Shown: positions 1-11,600, numbered from the stretch's first letter. The stretch is DNA of 64,000 nt from an uncultured delta proteobacterium (GCA_963823335.1 CAWGLD010000003.1:139319-203318), one strand, 5' to 3'. Notes: generated by a model from the sequence alone, not told the origin. A program made the numbers and translations.

Positions 1-252
1 GCGACTTTGGTGATGAATACAGTCCCTTCGCAGGGCTGAACTGGCAGTTTGCGGAACATTATTATGTAAAAATGAACTACGGCCACGCATTCCGTGCGCC
101 AATATATACGGAGCTCTACCATCCTGTAATTGGTAACGATGATCTCGATCCTGAGATAGAGGATTCCTATGAATTGGGAAAATGGTGGACTACCCGACGA
201 CTTCCCCATGCCTGGCAGGAACTATATGTTTGAATTGCGGTATCATTATTAG
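1..252 (+). pseudogene. 3' part of a TonB-dependent receptor gene with internal deletion and frameshift
   Basis: Manual translation. Frame 3 reads DFGDEYSPFAGLNWQF..NYGHAFRAPIYTELY..GNDDLDPEIEDSYELG (typical TBDR barrel motifs). From 181, frame 1 reads NGGLPDDFPMPGRNYMFELRYHY* (typical TBDR C-terminal strand). The barrel strands between them are missing. Confidence 0.75.
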
Positions 253-316
253 GAATAGAATCTTTGGAGAAATTTTATAATACGCGACGGTGTCGCTTTA
301 ACAAAGAAACCTTCAG

Positions 317-2200
317 ATGAAAGATCTACAAAGCATAGAAACAGATTCGAGCACTGTGCGTTGGAGCATCAAGTGGAAGCTCATGACGCTTATTACCACC
401 CTGGTGCTCAGCCTCGTGACAATTCTATCCTATGCCCAGATTTCCTCTCAAAAAAGAACCCTGGAAAAAGAACTGGAAAATCGGGTTGCGCTCATGAAAG
501 CAAACCTTATCGAGCGCGGGAAGGGTTTTGCTATCAGCCTTTCTCAACAGGTTGAAAACGATCTTGCCGGCATGAACCTTTCGGGTGTCATGGAAGCGAT
601 CCTTCAGAGTACGGAAGAAAACAATGAGATCAAATATGCCATTCTGATGGAGTCTAATGGAGAGGTTTTTCTCCATACAACCAGAAACGAACTGATTAAA
701 ACCAAGCTGACCGGGAAAAACGATCTGTGGGCCATCCATCAGAGAACAATCGCGGTAAGCTCTTATAAAGACGACAATCAAGAGGTCATCGAAATCGTCA
801 ATCCCTTGCAGATCAGTACCGAACCCTGGGGTATCCTTCGAATCATTTATACACTGAATATTTTGGAATCCGAAATAATACGATCACGGAAACAGATTCA
901 AAATGAAATCAAGCAAGATGATCTATCGATCCATCCTGATGTCTATGGGATTTCTTGCCGTATGTCTTGTGATTGTATTTTTCCTTTCCACAAGGGTGTC
1001 GAAGCCTCTTATCAGGCTCACGGAATCGGCCAGAAAGCTCTCAAAGGGCGATTTCTCCGTGTCATCGGATATCCTGATCCAGTCGAAAGACGAAGTGGGG
1101 GTGCTGGGCAAAAGCTTTTTCAAGATGAGCAAGGATTTGGAGAGTTCATACAAAAGCCTGGAAGAATACAGCAACAGGTATCGCGCCTTGTTCGAGTATT
1201 CTCCTGCTTCTCTGTGGGAGGAAGATTTTTCAGAGGTCAAGACTTATCTGGATGGGCTGCAGATGAAGGATATTCATGGCTTCAGAAAATATTTTGGAGA
1301 ACATCCGGAAGCGCTTCGTCAGTGTACGAGTTTGATAAAAATCCTGGATGTAAATGAGTCAACACTGGAGCTCTATGGCGCGGAGAGCAAGGATGTGTTC
1401 ATGCAAAATATAGACAAGATTCTGGCTGAAAAATCCCACGAGATTTTTGAAGAACAGGTTTTGAGCATGGCTGAAGGAAAGCCGTTTGAAATTCAATGTA
1501 TCAACAAGACCCTGACAGGCAAGGAACTGAATGTTGCCATGAAAGCCTCCATACCCCCGGGGTATGAAGAGACCTGGTCGAAGGTGCTTGTTTCCGTAAA
1601 TGACCTGTCAGAGCGGGCGCGGGCCGAGTTTCTCAAAGATATGTTTGGCCGATATCTTTCCGAGGAAGTCACCAGTACGCTTCTTGAAAATCCGGACATG
1701 GTGAAGCTTGGGGGTGAAAAACGGCGTGTCACCATTATGATGTCGGACCTGCGGGGATTCACAGCGCTCGCGGAACGTCTTGAACCGGAGCAGGTCGTGC
1801 AGATCCTGAATGCCTATTTTGAAGTCATGGTGGATGTGCTGCTGAAATACAATGCCACCATCAACGAAATCATCGGCGATGCGCTCCTGGTTCTATTTGG
1901 TGCTCCCCAGGAAATGCCTGACCGGGCAGAACGTGCCATTGCCTGTGCGATTGAAATGCAGAACGCCATGGCAAGGGTCAATGAACACAACAGGTCGCAG
2001 GGATTGCCTGAAATAGAGATGGGAATCGGCCTCAATGATGAGGAAGTGATAGTCGGCAATATCGGATCCAGCAAAAGAAGTAAATACGGTGTTGTCGGAA
2101 GCGGCGTGAACATGACCAGCCGAATAGAATCTTACAGCGTTGGTGGACAGATTTTGATATCCGATTCGGTAAGGAAAGAGGCGGGTGACATCTTTACCGG
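317..2200 (+). pseudogene. Membrane class III adenylate/guanylate cyclase (TM-periplasmic-TM-HAMP-PAS-cyclase), frameshifted near 905-915 and 3'-truncated
   Basis: ORF 317..1357 gives the first TM and sensor region. ORF 903..2396 continues with TM, HAMP (SKDEVGVLGKSF), PAS-like RYRALFEYSP and cyclase motifs (MMSDLRGFT, IIGDAL, GNIGS, GSGVNMTSRIE). After EAGDI the frame runs into repeat family A. Confidence 0.8.
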
Positions 2201-2212
2201 GCGGCTGTACCC

Positions 2213-2287
2213 GAACCGCAATAGCGAGCGCATTCCCCGTAGGTTCCGCCGTTCGGCAGTGCTTCGCATACTGCGGGGTTCTTCAAT
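2213..2287 (+). mobile_element. Repeat family A, short copy (palindromic IS200/IS605-like miniature element)
   Basis: Matches the 5' part and last bases of copies at 16992 and 57061; middle lost between the GCTGCGGGGTT/GCTGCGAGGTT-type direct repeats. Confidence 0.75.
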
Positions 2288-2303
2288 ATTTTTTCATTCA
2301 ATA

Positions 2304-2334
2304 TTGGACGTTCGATGTTCGATGTTGGACGTTC
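2304..2334. repeat. Tandem heptamer arm (TTCGATG/TTGGACG)
   Basis: ttggacg-ttcgatg-ttcgatg-ttggacg-ttc. Same unit at 37076, 47277 and 50471, and inverted at 37975 and 57234. Confidence 0.85.
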
Positions 2335-3964
2335 ATTTATTATCATCAAGTATCCAAGAAGATGAGCGCACAAGCATCATCATCCCCACCGTCTGAAGTC
2401 CCGACAGCAGCACAAAATAGAAAATCCAGGCCGGCACCCCCAGAAACATCGGCGCAGCACGATTCCAGGCCCAGAAATCCATTCCCAGGATGAAGATTCC
2501 CATGAATATATATACGTAGCGATTGGAAATCCATGCGGGGATAGACACGACCAGACGCCCTTCCTGCTGCATCTTCACGGTATGGACCGCCATGTACACG
2601 GCAAAGGTTGCCAGCATGACCCATACAACGGGCAGTACAGCGCCCCCCGTCAACACCTTGAAATAGAAAAGCAGCATGACACCTTCACCGACCAGAATCG
2701 ACAGGATGGCTGCCGCTGAATAGACCCGTTTGAGGTACAATCCGAACAGGACCGTCGGAAACAGGACCGCCAATCCTGTAAAAGTCTGGGTGGCGATCTG
2801 CAGAATGGTCGCCGGTGGTTTCAGGGCCAGCAGTAATCCGGCAATACTCAAAAATATCACAAACACACGTCCGCTGATACTGGTCTGGGTTTTGGGCCTA
2901 CCCATCAAAGGAAGAATATCCCGGCTGAAGATGGAGCTCATGGTCAACAGCTGAGAGTCCATGGTGGACATCAGGGCGGCCAGACCGGCAGCCAACACGA
3001 GGGCGGCCATGAAATCACCTGAAATCAGGGTCAGCATCATGGGCAGGATACGGTCCGCCTCTTTGGCGGCCAGGTCTGGAAACGACAGGTGACCCATGAC
3101 CCCCACCGAGATGGGCAGAAAGAATACCAGGGTGCAGATAAACGGGTAAAAGAGCATGGTTCTGGCGATGACATTCGGATTTTTTGCGGTGAAGAAGCGC
3201 TGAAAAAGCTGCGGGAACATGGGATCGCAGAAAAACCACAGCATGATATAGCTGAACCAGATGCCATAGGTGTATTTTCCGGTAATGCCCGGTCGCGAGA
3301 ACAATTCCGGGCTTGAAGAGAATAGTTTCTGATGTGCTTCCACAAAGCCACCGTGGTGGTTGGCGACAATTATCAGTGAAGCCAGAAGCAGCAAAAACAT
3401 GACCAGCCCCTGAAACATGTCGGTCCAGGCAACGGCTCGGAGCCCGCCCCGAAGCGTGTAGAGAACGATAATGACCGTTACCAGAAGACAGCCATAGACA
3501 TAGGGCAGACCGATGAGCGCTTCCAGGGCATACCCGGCGGCCATGGGTTGTAATGCCAGGTAGGGTATGGTGAAGACGATCATGACCGATGCAAAAATAA
3601 ACGAGAGGGTGGGGCTGTGGTATAGTGTCAGGACGAGTTCCGGTGGTGTGACAATGCCGTGATTTTTGCCCAGTTCCCAGATTTTTCTGCCAAGGATCCA
3701 GAAGGTCAGGGCCATGAAGCCCGTCCCGAAACCCATGATGGGGAAAAAAGCGTACCCGTCCCGGTAACCGGCGCCGGATGTTCCAAACACGGTAAAGGCC
3801 GAGAAATTGGTTGCCACCATGGTGCCCAGAAGAATCAGTGTGCCGAACTGACGATCGGCTAAGAAATAGGTTTCCGGGGGCGATTTGAGCTTTGTCCTTG
3901 CAATGAAGCCGATACAAAGAATTATCAGAAAGTAAGCCACGAGTACGGAAATTTTGACGACCAT
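2333..3964 (-). CDS. Sodium:solute symporter (SSS family) with a fused C-terminal small membrane domain (DUF3311-like)
   Basis: Many TM helices; motifs ETYFLADR, ATNFSAFTVFG, GGLRAVAWTD, AALMSTMDSQLL; tail MDFWAWNRAAPMFLGVPAW. Confidence 0.88.
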   Translation of the reverse strand: MVVKISVLVAYFLIILCIGFIARTKLKSPPETYFLADRQFGTLILLGTMVATNFSAFTVFGTSGAGYRDGYAFFPIMGFGTGFMALTFWILGRKIWELGKNHGIVTPPELVLTLYHSPTLSFIFASVMIVFTIPYLALQPMAAGYALEALIGLPYVYGCLLVTVIIVLYTLRGGLRAVAWTDMFQGLVMFLLLLASLIIVANHHGGFVEAHQKLFSSSPELFSRPGITGKYTYGIWFSYIMLWFFCDPMFPQLFQRFFTAKNPNVIARTMLFYPFICTLVFFLPISVGVMGHLSFPDLAAKEADRILPMMLTLISGDFMAALVLAAGLAALMSTMDSQLLTMSSIFSRDILPLMGRPKTQTSISGRVFVIFLSIAGLLLALKPPATILQIATQTFTGLAVLFPTVLFGLYLKRVYSAAAILSILVGEGVMLLFYFKVLTGGAVLPVVWVMLATFAVYMAVHTVKMQQEGRLVVSIPAWISNRYVYIFMGIFILGMDFWAWNRAAPMFLGVPAWIFYFVLLSGLQTVGMMMLVRSSSWILDDNK

Positions 3965-4002
3965 GAATACACCTTTTTTGTTCAGAAAAGAAAAAGATCT
4001 TT

Positions 4003-4105
4003 TATACCGCTTGTCATAATAATGTTCCGAAAATAGGATGGCGGCAAAAGGGGTTGTAGCAGAAAAAAGGTCCTCAATCGGAACGTTTTTCTGACAACCC
4101 CTATA
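4003..4105. mobile_element. Repeat family B: ~100-bp MITE with 26-bp imperfect TIRs and flanking TA
   Basis: Near-identical copy at 44491-44593. Left end taccgcttgtcataataatgttccga versus reverse complement of right end taggggttgtcagaaaaacgttccga (20/26). Confidence 0.85.
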
Positions 4106-4152
4106 TCACGAAATCACGAAAGGTCGAAACCACGAAAATGACCATGAACCGC
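4104..4152. repeat. CACGAAA-type tandem arm
   Basis: tatcacgaaatcacgaaaggtcgaaaccacgaaaatgaccatgaaccgcaa; copies at 32686 and 40041. Confidence 0.85.
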
Positions 4153-4255
4153 AAATCCAATCGAGATTCATGTAATCGATATTCGATTTTATAGCCCGCT
4201 TTGATGGGGCGTCTTGAGCCCACCCATCGCACGGATATCTATTGGTTTGTCCCAT

Positions 4256-4292
4256 AAAAAAACCACCCCGGACAAAGGCCGGGATGGTTTGG
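4256..4292 (-). terminator. Intrinsic terminator
   Basis: Minus strand aaaccatcccggcc-tttg-tccggggtggttttttt: GC-rich stem followed by a U tract. Confidence 0.75.
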
Positions 4293-4387
4293 TAGAACCT
4301 GACATAACCTATGATAAGAACGCTATATTATGGACGAATTACCGCTCGGGCTGATTTATGTCAAGATAAATCAGCGTCAATATGTTT

Positions 4388-4606
4388 CTATCGGTAATTC
4401 TCAGCGGTTTTTACGAAACTTTCAAAATCCTTTTCAAGCAGAAAGCGTGAAATCATTTCGCTGACCTTGTCCGCCGTGTCAACCGTGTAATGCCCCTTTT
4501 CATTTCTGCCTGAAAGCTGTTTGGCGTTCTCGACGATGGCTTTCAAAGAAGCGGTGGTCATCTCGACGACCACATTGACGGTGATTGTATCCTCAGACTG
4601 GGGCAT
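4388..4606 (-). CDS. Small hypothetical protein (72 aa)
   Basis: ORF with AAGGAG RBS upstream and protein-like composition. Confidence 0.75.
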   Translation of the reverse strand: MPQSEDTITVNVVVEMTTASLKAIVENAKQLSGRNEKGHYTVDTADKVSEMISRFLLEKDFESFVKTAENYR

Positions 4607-4664
4607 GCTGGGGTCTCCTTGGATTCTGGTATTGACACGAATTGTGGCTGTGTCAAAATTAACA

Positions 4665-4836
4665 TAGAAGCCATCTCAAAAATAGGATTTTGGTTCCCCG
4701 CAAAAAGAGCGGGATCTTCGTCAAAGTCAAGGCGGATCCAAGTTTCAACCCGCAGGCATACTCAAGTATGTTGAGGACTTGAAACGAGGGTCCAACGCAG
4801 AAATTGGGCCAAAGGACATTTTTGAGATAGCTTCAA
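4665..4836. mobile_element. Repeat family C copy 1: TIR-bounded structured MITE
   Basis: TIR gaagccatctcaaaaat (4667-4683) / atttttgagatagcttc (4818-4834), 16/17; internal CAAGGCG...CAACGCAG core with nested stems. Confidence 0.8.
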
Positions 4837-4912
4837 ATACGCTTTCTCGTACATCGTAGTTTACAGAAGATCAAGTGAGAATCGAACCGTCAGGATATAA
4901 GGGCCTGGAAAA

Positions 4913-5554
4913 ATGACCGACTATCAGCACGAACAGATGGAAGCTCTGGAACTGGTAACTGGATACCTGTCAGGATTAAAGACGGCGGACATGGATGTAC
5001 TGAAGCAGAAACTGGCAGACTACCTGTGCTTTCGAAGGGATGTAGATGTTTTTTTGTCCACCCATTTCGGTGATATCTGCAAGGAAACCTGTTATCAAAG
5101 CAAGCTGAGCGCCTGTTGTACCCGGGAGGGTATCATTACCTTTTTTGCCGATGTGGTTGTCAATGTGATCATGTCCGATGAAACAAACATACAGGACCTG
5201 TTCTCTGTCCTGCGTTCACCCCAGGAAGGATCCAAATGTATCTATCTGGGAGAGCGAGGATGCTTGTGGGCGGTGAAACCACTGGTCTGTGAAATGTTTC
5301 TCTGCAAAAAGGCCGAAGATGAAGTGCTGAAAACTGACCAGGATCTCCTGAACGAATGGCAATCGTTGAAGGATCGCGAAAAGACTTTCCGGTGGCCGGA
5401 CCAGAGGGTTCTCTTCGATGAACTGGAGCAGTTGTTTCTGGATGCCGGGCATACGTCTTCGCTGATGTATCTGCACAACAGCCCAGGATTGTTGAGGGTT
5501 AAGAGAGAAGGGTTGGAGGGTGAGCTGACGCAGGGTTCGAGGGTCCGAGGGTGA
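4913..5554 (+). CDS. Cys-rich hypothetical protein, YkgJ/zinc- or iron-chelating-like
   Basis: CKETC...SACC and CIYLGERGC..KPLVCEMFLC cysteine clusters. Confidence 0.7.
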   Translation: MTDYQHEQMEALELVTGYLSGLKTADMDVLKQKLADYLCFRRDVDVFLSTHFGDICKETCYQSKLSACCTREGIITFFADVVVNVIMSDETNIQDLFSVLRSPQEGSKCIYLGERGCLWAVKPLVCEMFLCKKAEDEVLKTDQDLLNEWQSLKDREKTFRWPDQRVLFDELEQLFLDAGHTSSLMYLHNSPGLLRVKREGLEGELTQGSRVRG

Positions 5555-5681
5555 TACAAGGGTTGGAGGGTGATACAAGGGTTGGAGGGTGATACAAGGG
5601 TCCGAGGGTGATATAAGGGTTGGAGGGTGGCCGACAGCCTATCCCCTCCGACCCTTCAAACCTCCACCCCTCCAACCCTTT
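5540..5681. repeat. 19-bp G-rich tandem repeat (about 4.7 copies) plus an inverted C-rich arm
   Basis: Unit agggt(tg/cc)gagggtgata(c/t)a at 5540, 5559, 5578, 5597 and 5616 (partial); complementary arm cccctccgacccttcaaacctccacccctccaaccc at 5643-5678. Confidence 0.9.
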
Positions 5682-8600
5682 CTAGGCCAGATGCGGCTTG
5701 AAGGCTCTGTACAAAGATACATCCATGATGGCCTCGTAGCCCTTCAGTTCTGCCACCACGCGGCTTTCAGCATCGATCAATGTAAAATCACCTGTCATCT
5801 TGTGATCCGTAAGGTCCGTGACACGCAGCTCGGCCATCACCCCGTCCGGGGGAAATGCCGTGCAATATTGCCGGTAATGCCTGCAGTAGCTTGGCAATGA
5901 AACCGTACCGGTTTCTTCATAGCACCAGAGCGTCGCGAGTTGAAAGGCACAATCCAGGGCAAGGGGATCGCTGAGCCAGGTGCTCCTCAGGGGCTCCTTG
6001 ACCCAGGTTTCCGGCGCCGGCGCCGAGGATATCTTTGCAGATATGCCCCAGGATGAGCAGTCTGTGATTTCCTTGATTCCCCGCAAAGCCAGACCGTGAA
6101 ACAGGATTTTGTCATAAACTTCTTCCATGCTGCGGGCATATACCTTGGTGGGCTTTAAGCGGGTCGACTCAAATATGGGCGCAGCGGGAAGCGTGTCTGT
6201 CAATATGGCTTTTGCCCTCGAGTGAATGACGTCCTTTCCCTCGAGAACACCGTCCCGCAATTCGACACCGACTTCGAAGAGAGAGCCCTTGCGGTCGGCT
6301 TTTCCGGCAAAGAGACGGATCAGTTTTTTCTGTTGTTCGAGTTTAATGCCCTTCAGTATTCGCATGTCATCGATCCCGTGCAGCAACAGCCCGGGGTTGC
6401 CGTGCAGGGCGCCATGTCCAAACCATTCCGTTATGAGGGCAAAGGGAACAACCGGCTTGCCATCCAGTATGTGCGCATCCAGAATCGGATGGTTGGTGGT
6501 ATCGATTTCGCGTTTGAAGGACAGTGACATCGGTGGCGACGGATCCTGCCGGTCTGGTGGCTGGTCATCCATTTTCAGGGTTTTGGTGATGACCTGGTCG
6601 GGCAGTGCCGAGCCCACAACGACTTCAACCGGATGTATGCCTGCCTGGCTCATCTCGAGCAGCATGCAGCGGGCACCGGCTTCCACTGGAATCAGCGCGA
6701 TCCCGCTTTTCCGAAATTCTCGTTTCAGACCCGGTGTAACCATGCCGCCATCCCAGGGGCCCCAGTTGACGGCGATGACCCGACAGTCTTTCCGTTGTCG
6801 AACTTCCCTGCGACAGATCTTGTTCAGGGCTTCATTGGCCATGGCATAGTCCGCCTGGCCTTTGTTGCCGAAACGTGCCGCTACAGAAGAGAATACAACG
6901 ATATATTTCAGTGGATCCGATGCGGCAGCGTCCATGAGGGCCCGAAATCCAACGACCTTCGTTTTGTATACCCGCTTGAACTGCTCCAGGGTTTTGTCTT
7001 GGATGAGACGATCCTCGATAACACCCGCGCCGTGTATGATGGCGCGGATGGGACCTAGTGATTCTCGGACACGTTGAAACAGGGGCGTTACAATGTCGGC
7101 ATCTCTGATATCAGCACTTTCGTATTGGACCGTGGATCCTGTTGCAGTGAGTTTTTGAAGCGTCGCCGCAACCTCTCTGCTTCCCATGTGTCGTCTGTAT
7201 GACATTTCAATGTCTTTCGGAGAAGCACCATTGTTGTTGAACTCGTTGGCAAGAATCGCCTTTTTAATTTCCGATTCTTTTTCAAGTCCATCCAGCCATA
7301 CCGGCTCCGGGGCAGGCATGGGAGATCTTCCCAGGAGAACGAACGACAAGGGTACCTGTTCGGCAAGTGCAATGGCTGCCGCGGCGGTCACGCCCCTGGC
7401 ACCACCGGTGACAACTACCACATCGCCAGGGTCAAACACCAACTCGATGTTGACATCCTTATCGTAGGGAAACGGCGTAAGTTCCAGGGTATAGCGGTTT
7501 TCACCGTCGAGCCCGACCTCGACACTGTCACGGGTTTGTTTTCCAAGAACTTCCGCAGTGATTCTCTGCGCGATTTCCGTTACATCCATCCAGGCGGGAT
7601 CGAGATCCAGTGCTCTACAGACGACACCGTCCCATTCAATGGCGGCTGTCTTTACCAATGCGGCCAAACCACCGGATACAGGATTTTCAAGATCTTTGTC
7701 TCTGAAACCGAAGGCACCGTCGAGCCGTGTGATGGCAGCAAACAGGGTCAAGCCCGTCTGGGCATTGCGGGTCAGAGACGGCCCAAAAAAATGGGCCAGT
7801 TGAAATGCAGTCTCAAGGTATGTGTCGTCTGCACGGTCATCAGCATCATGAGAACCCTCAAGAATGATCAGTCCTCCAGCATTGGAGATGTCCGATGAAC
7901 CGTTCAGAATATCGTCAATTTCCGATAGCGGTCTATGGGATGCTTGAATGCCATGGGCCGTAAACGTGTCAACGAGGGCTTGCCCGAGATGTGACGAATC
8001 ACCGATAATGTATACGTGCCTGTCAGCCGGTATCGTTTCAAGTGTGACTCGGGACAGCGGTCTGTTTTTAATGGTCACCCTGTGTCGTTCAATGTCGGAA
8101 AATGATGAAACCCCATAGTCGGGTGAGGAAGGTTTTTCAAATGTTTCTGCTGATTGAACAGGCCTGGGAGGGCGTGCTGTCTCCTGCGTGGCCATATCGG
8201 TTTTTTCTGCGCCTGACGTCAGATACGTGCATATCTGTCCCAGGGTTTTCAAACTGCCCATGATGTCAGGCGTCACCTGGGGGAGTCCCGGAAGTCGATC
8301 TTCAAGGGTGGAAAGTATTTCGACCCTCTTGATGGAGTCAATACCCAGATCCGCCTCGATATCCATGTCCAGTCCCAGCATGTCCGTTGGATAGCCAGTC
8401 AATTCGCTGACGATTTGGATCATTGTTCTTCGGACATTGTCGGTATTTTCGTCTGATGGTTGCTCTATCTGTCCCGGATCTTGTGAGCTTTCGGGCGTGT
8501 GGGTATTTCCCACAGGGTGTGCTTCAGAGGTGCCGCCCAGGGCGTCCACGATTTGTGCCAGGGTTTTGAGACTGCCCATGATCTCAGGTGATATGGTGGG

Positions 8601-11600
8601 AAGACCGGGAAGCGTTTCTTCGAGTGTCGATAGAATTTCAACTCGTTTGATGGAGTCGATGCCCAGGTCTGATTCCATATCCATGTCAGCACCGAGCATC
8701 TCCATGGGATAGCCCGTGAGATCGCTGACAATCTGCAACAGCGTGCTTTGGATGGAATGCGCCCGGAATTGGGTTTGGGGAACAATTTCAGTTGTCGACG
8801 CAGGGTCAGGGCTTTCCAGCAGGGCAGGGGATGACGCGTGCCGCTGCCCGTCTGTGTTTCCGGTGACGGTCAGATCGGTTTGTGTCTCGGTTTCCGGGGG
8901 TATTGATTGTTCTACAAACCGCGTGCTCGGCATGCGGTTCCGAACCTGAACTTGCGGAGACGTGCCGTCTCCTTTGTATTTCCCATTTGGGGGGAAATCC
9001 AAGCCACCCGTTTCACGGGTGGTCGTTGACTCAGGGGGGGCTGCCCCGGTTTCGCCTTGATTCAGGGAAACGCTTGTTTCAGGGGCAAGGGGCTGTTCCC
9101 GGAAAATACCCAGAGAAGCTTCGGATATTTGCTGGATGCTCTCCATCATGCGCTGAAGCGAGCGCCCGGCTTCTGACTGGGTTTCAAGAAATTTCTTATG
9201 CGCCTCGGTTGTTTGTGCTTGAAGCGCCTGCATGGATTTTAGTCCTTCCTGGACTGTGCGGAGCGCGTTCTCATAAGCCGGTGCGGTGGCATGTGTTTGC
9301 GGTATTTTTTTCATGGTTCTATTATCACCTGCTGTTCTGGGGGATGTCCGATCCGGTCTTTCTTTACTGGGGTTACGATAGTTGGCCCCCAGGATCTGCA
9401 TTTTCATCCGACGGTTTTTCTTGGGAGGTGCTGGATCTTCCCAGGAATCCAAACGAACCGGATGTCCCAATGAAGTTAGATGTGCAAGGGTTCTAGCAAG
9501 GTCTGCAATACCAAAGGCTTTTCCATTGGAAGTGTCCATGGAAACAGCCTGGTGGTTTCGGCCGCTTAAAATCGATTGAACGAGTCTGGTAAGAACAGAT
9601 TTGGGGCCCACTTCAACAAAGGTGCGGACATTCTGATGGTACAAGCGCTCGATGCCGGCCATAAAAAGAACCGGTTCCAGAACCTGTTTGCCCAGGATCG
9701 ATCTGACAGCTGCATTGTCCTTGGGGTAAGGTTCGGCGGTGTTGTTTGCAAAAACCGGTATGTCGGTGGGCTCGATGATGCTATTATCAAGCACTTTTTG
9801 AAAGGGTTTTTCTGCTCCTTTGACCAGATGGCTGTGAAAAGCTGCTGATACGGGGAGCTGGATACATTGAAACCCCTTATCGTTCATTTGTTTCCGGGCC
9901 TGGTCAATCGCTTTTTCCGTACCGGCCAGAACCCCCTGTTCCGGGCTGTTTCGGTTTGCAAGTACAAGGTCGGGTGTGTTGTCGGCAAATTCACTCAGCT
10001 TTTCCAGAGGGGCCTTAACGGCCAGCATACTACCACAGCCATTCTTTTTACCGGCTTCGGCCATGGCACTGCCTCGCGCAACCGCCAGGTCAAAAAAGGT
10101 GGCCTCATCGATCCACCCGGCAGCGCAAAGTGCTGTCAGCTCACCAAAGGAGTGCCCGCAGGTCACTGCCGGTTTTACACCAAAACTTTCCAGCACATGA
10201 AGCATGGTCAGGCTGATGGCGCCAATGGCAGGTTGGGCGATATCCGTGCATCGCAGCAAACGCTCCTGGTCCTGGTGGGTGTGCATATCGTGCGACAGCA
10301 CAGGATAGATATAGTCGGTCAGGCGATTTGGTGGCTCGAATCTGGTATTGGCACGCTCCATCAACTGTAAGGCACCTGGAAATATGCAAACGAGGTCTCG
10401 ACCCATTCCCACGTACTGGCTTCCTTGACCGGGAAATAGAAAGGCTGTTTTCTCCGGGTCCGATCTGTTGCCAAAGTAGATGTTCTTCATTTGCCAGGCA
10501 TCTTCACCGGATTGGGTTTGAATGCCTGAAACTGCATTGTCAATGAGTTGTTTCAGGGATTCGCCTGGGATTGTGTCTTTTTTGGAAAGGTCATGAACCA
10601 GGACAAGCCTGAAGCGAAAGTCTGAGCGGAATCGCTGTCTTGTCTGCTCGGCCGCACGGGCTCGGTCATCCAGCGAAATAGCACCTGAAACAGAAGTTTT
10701 CAGTTCTGCCAGTTGCTGGTGAATCTCCTTGATGCTCTGGGCAGAAAAAGCAAAAAGTTCGACGCTTCCATCCCATGAAATGTCCGTTTTCTCCCGGGCG
10801 TATTCTTCCATCACCACGTGAAAGTTACTGCCGCCGAAACCAAAGGAACTGACACCCGCTCGTCTGGGGAAATCTTTTTCGGCAAACCAGGGGCGGTTTT
10901 CCGAATTGAGATAGAAGGGTGATTCCTCCATGTTGAGATCAGGATCGGGAAATTCGGCTTTCAGTGTAGGGGGCAAGACTTTGTTTTTCAAGGCCAGGGC
11001 GGTTTTGATAATGGCTGCCGATCCGGCGGCGGCTTTGGTATGTCCGATCATGGATTTTACAGAACCGATGGCACAATTCCTGGGGCGGTTTTTATCAACA
11101 CCGAAGACTTTTTTCAGTGCCTTAAACTCGACTCTGTCTCCTACCTTGGTGCCTGTACCATGAGCTTCGATATTTGTGACGGTCCCAGGATCGATGCTGG
11201 CGTTCTTATAAGCCAGTCGAACGGCTTTTTCCTGACCTTCGATTCTTGGCGCATAGATGCTTTGGGATTTACCGTCGCTCGAGGATCCGATGCCGTTGAT
11301 GACGGCATAAATTCTGTCGTTATCCCTTTCGGCATCTTCAAGCCGTTTTAGCACCATCATGCCGATGCCTTCGCCTAGTACCGTTCCGTCGGCATCTTTT
11401 GAAAACGGACGTATATCACCGGTGGGTGACAGGATCTGTGATTTTGAAAAACACATGTGCATGAAAATATCATTGATGGCATCGACGCCACCGGTGACGA
11501 TCATGTCACATTTTTGGGTCTGAAGCTCCAAAAGCGACAGATGAAGGGCACCGAAGGAGCTGGCACATGCCGCATCCACGACGCAATTTGTACCCCCAAG

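Noticed and set aside
903-1357. C-terminal part of ORF 317..1357 as real protein
   Set aside because: Out-of-frame read-through after the frameshift; the overlapping frame carries the TM-HAMP-cyclase.
3015-3917. 300-aa alternative-frame ORF and the many other antisense or overlapping ORFs in the track
   Set aside because: Shadow frames of well-supported genes with no recognisable motifs.
4256-4335. Purine or SAM-I riboswitch (GGTTCTACC and TTCTTATCA resemble core motifs)
   Set aside because: The required paired stems and remaining conserved motifs could not be formed.
5540-5629. CRISPR array
   Set aside because: The 19-bp units are contiguous with no unique spacers, and there are no cas genes.
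5589-5900. 103-aa ORF
   Set aside because: Translation of the tandem repeat plus antisense of pfaA.
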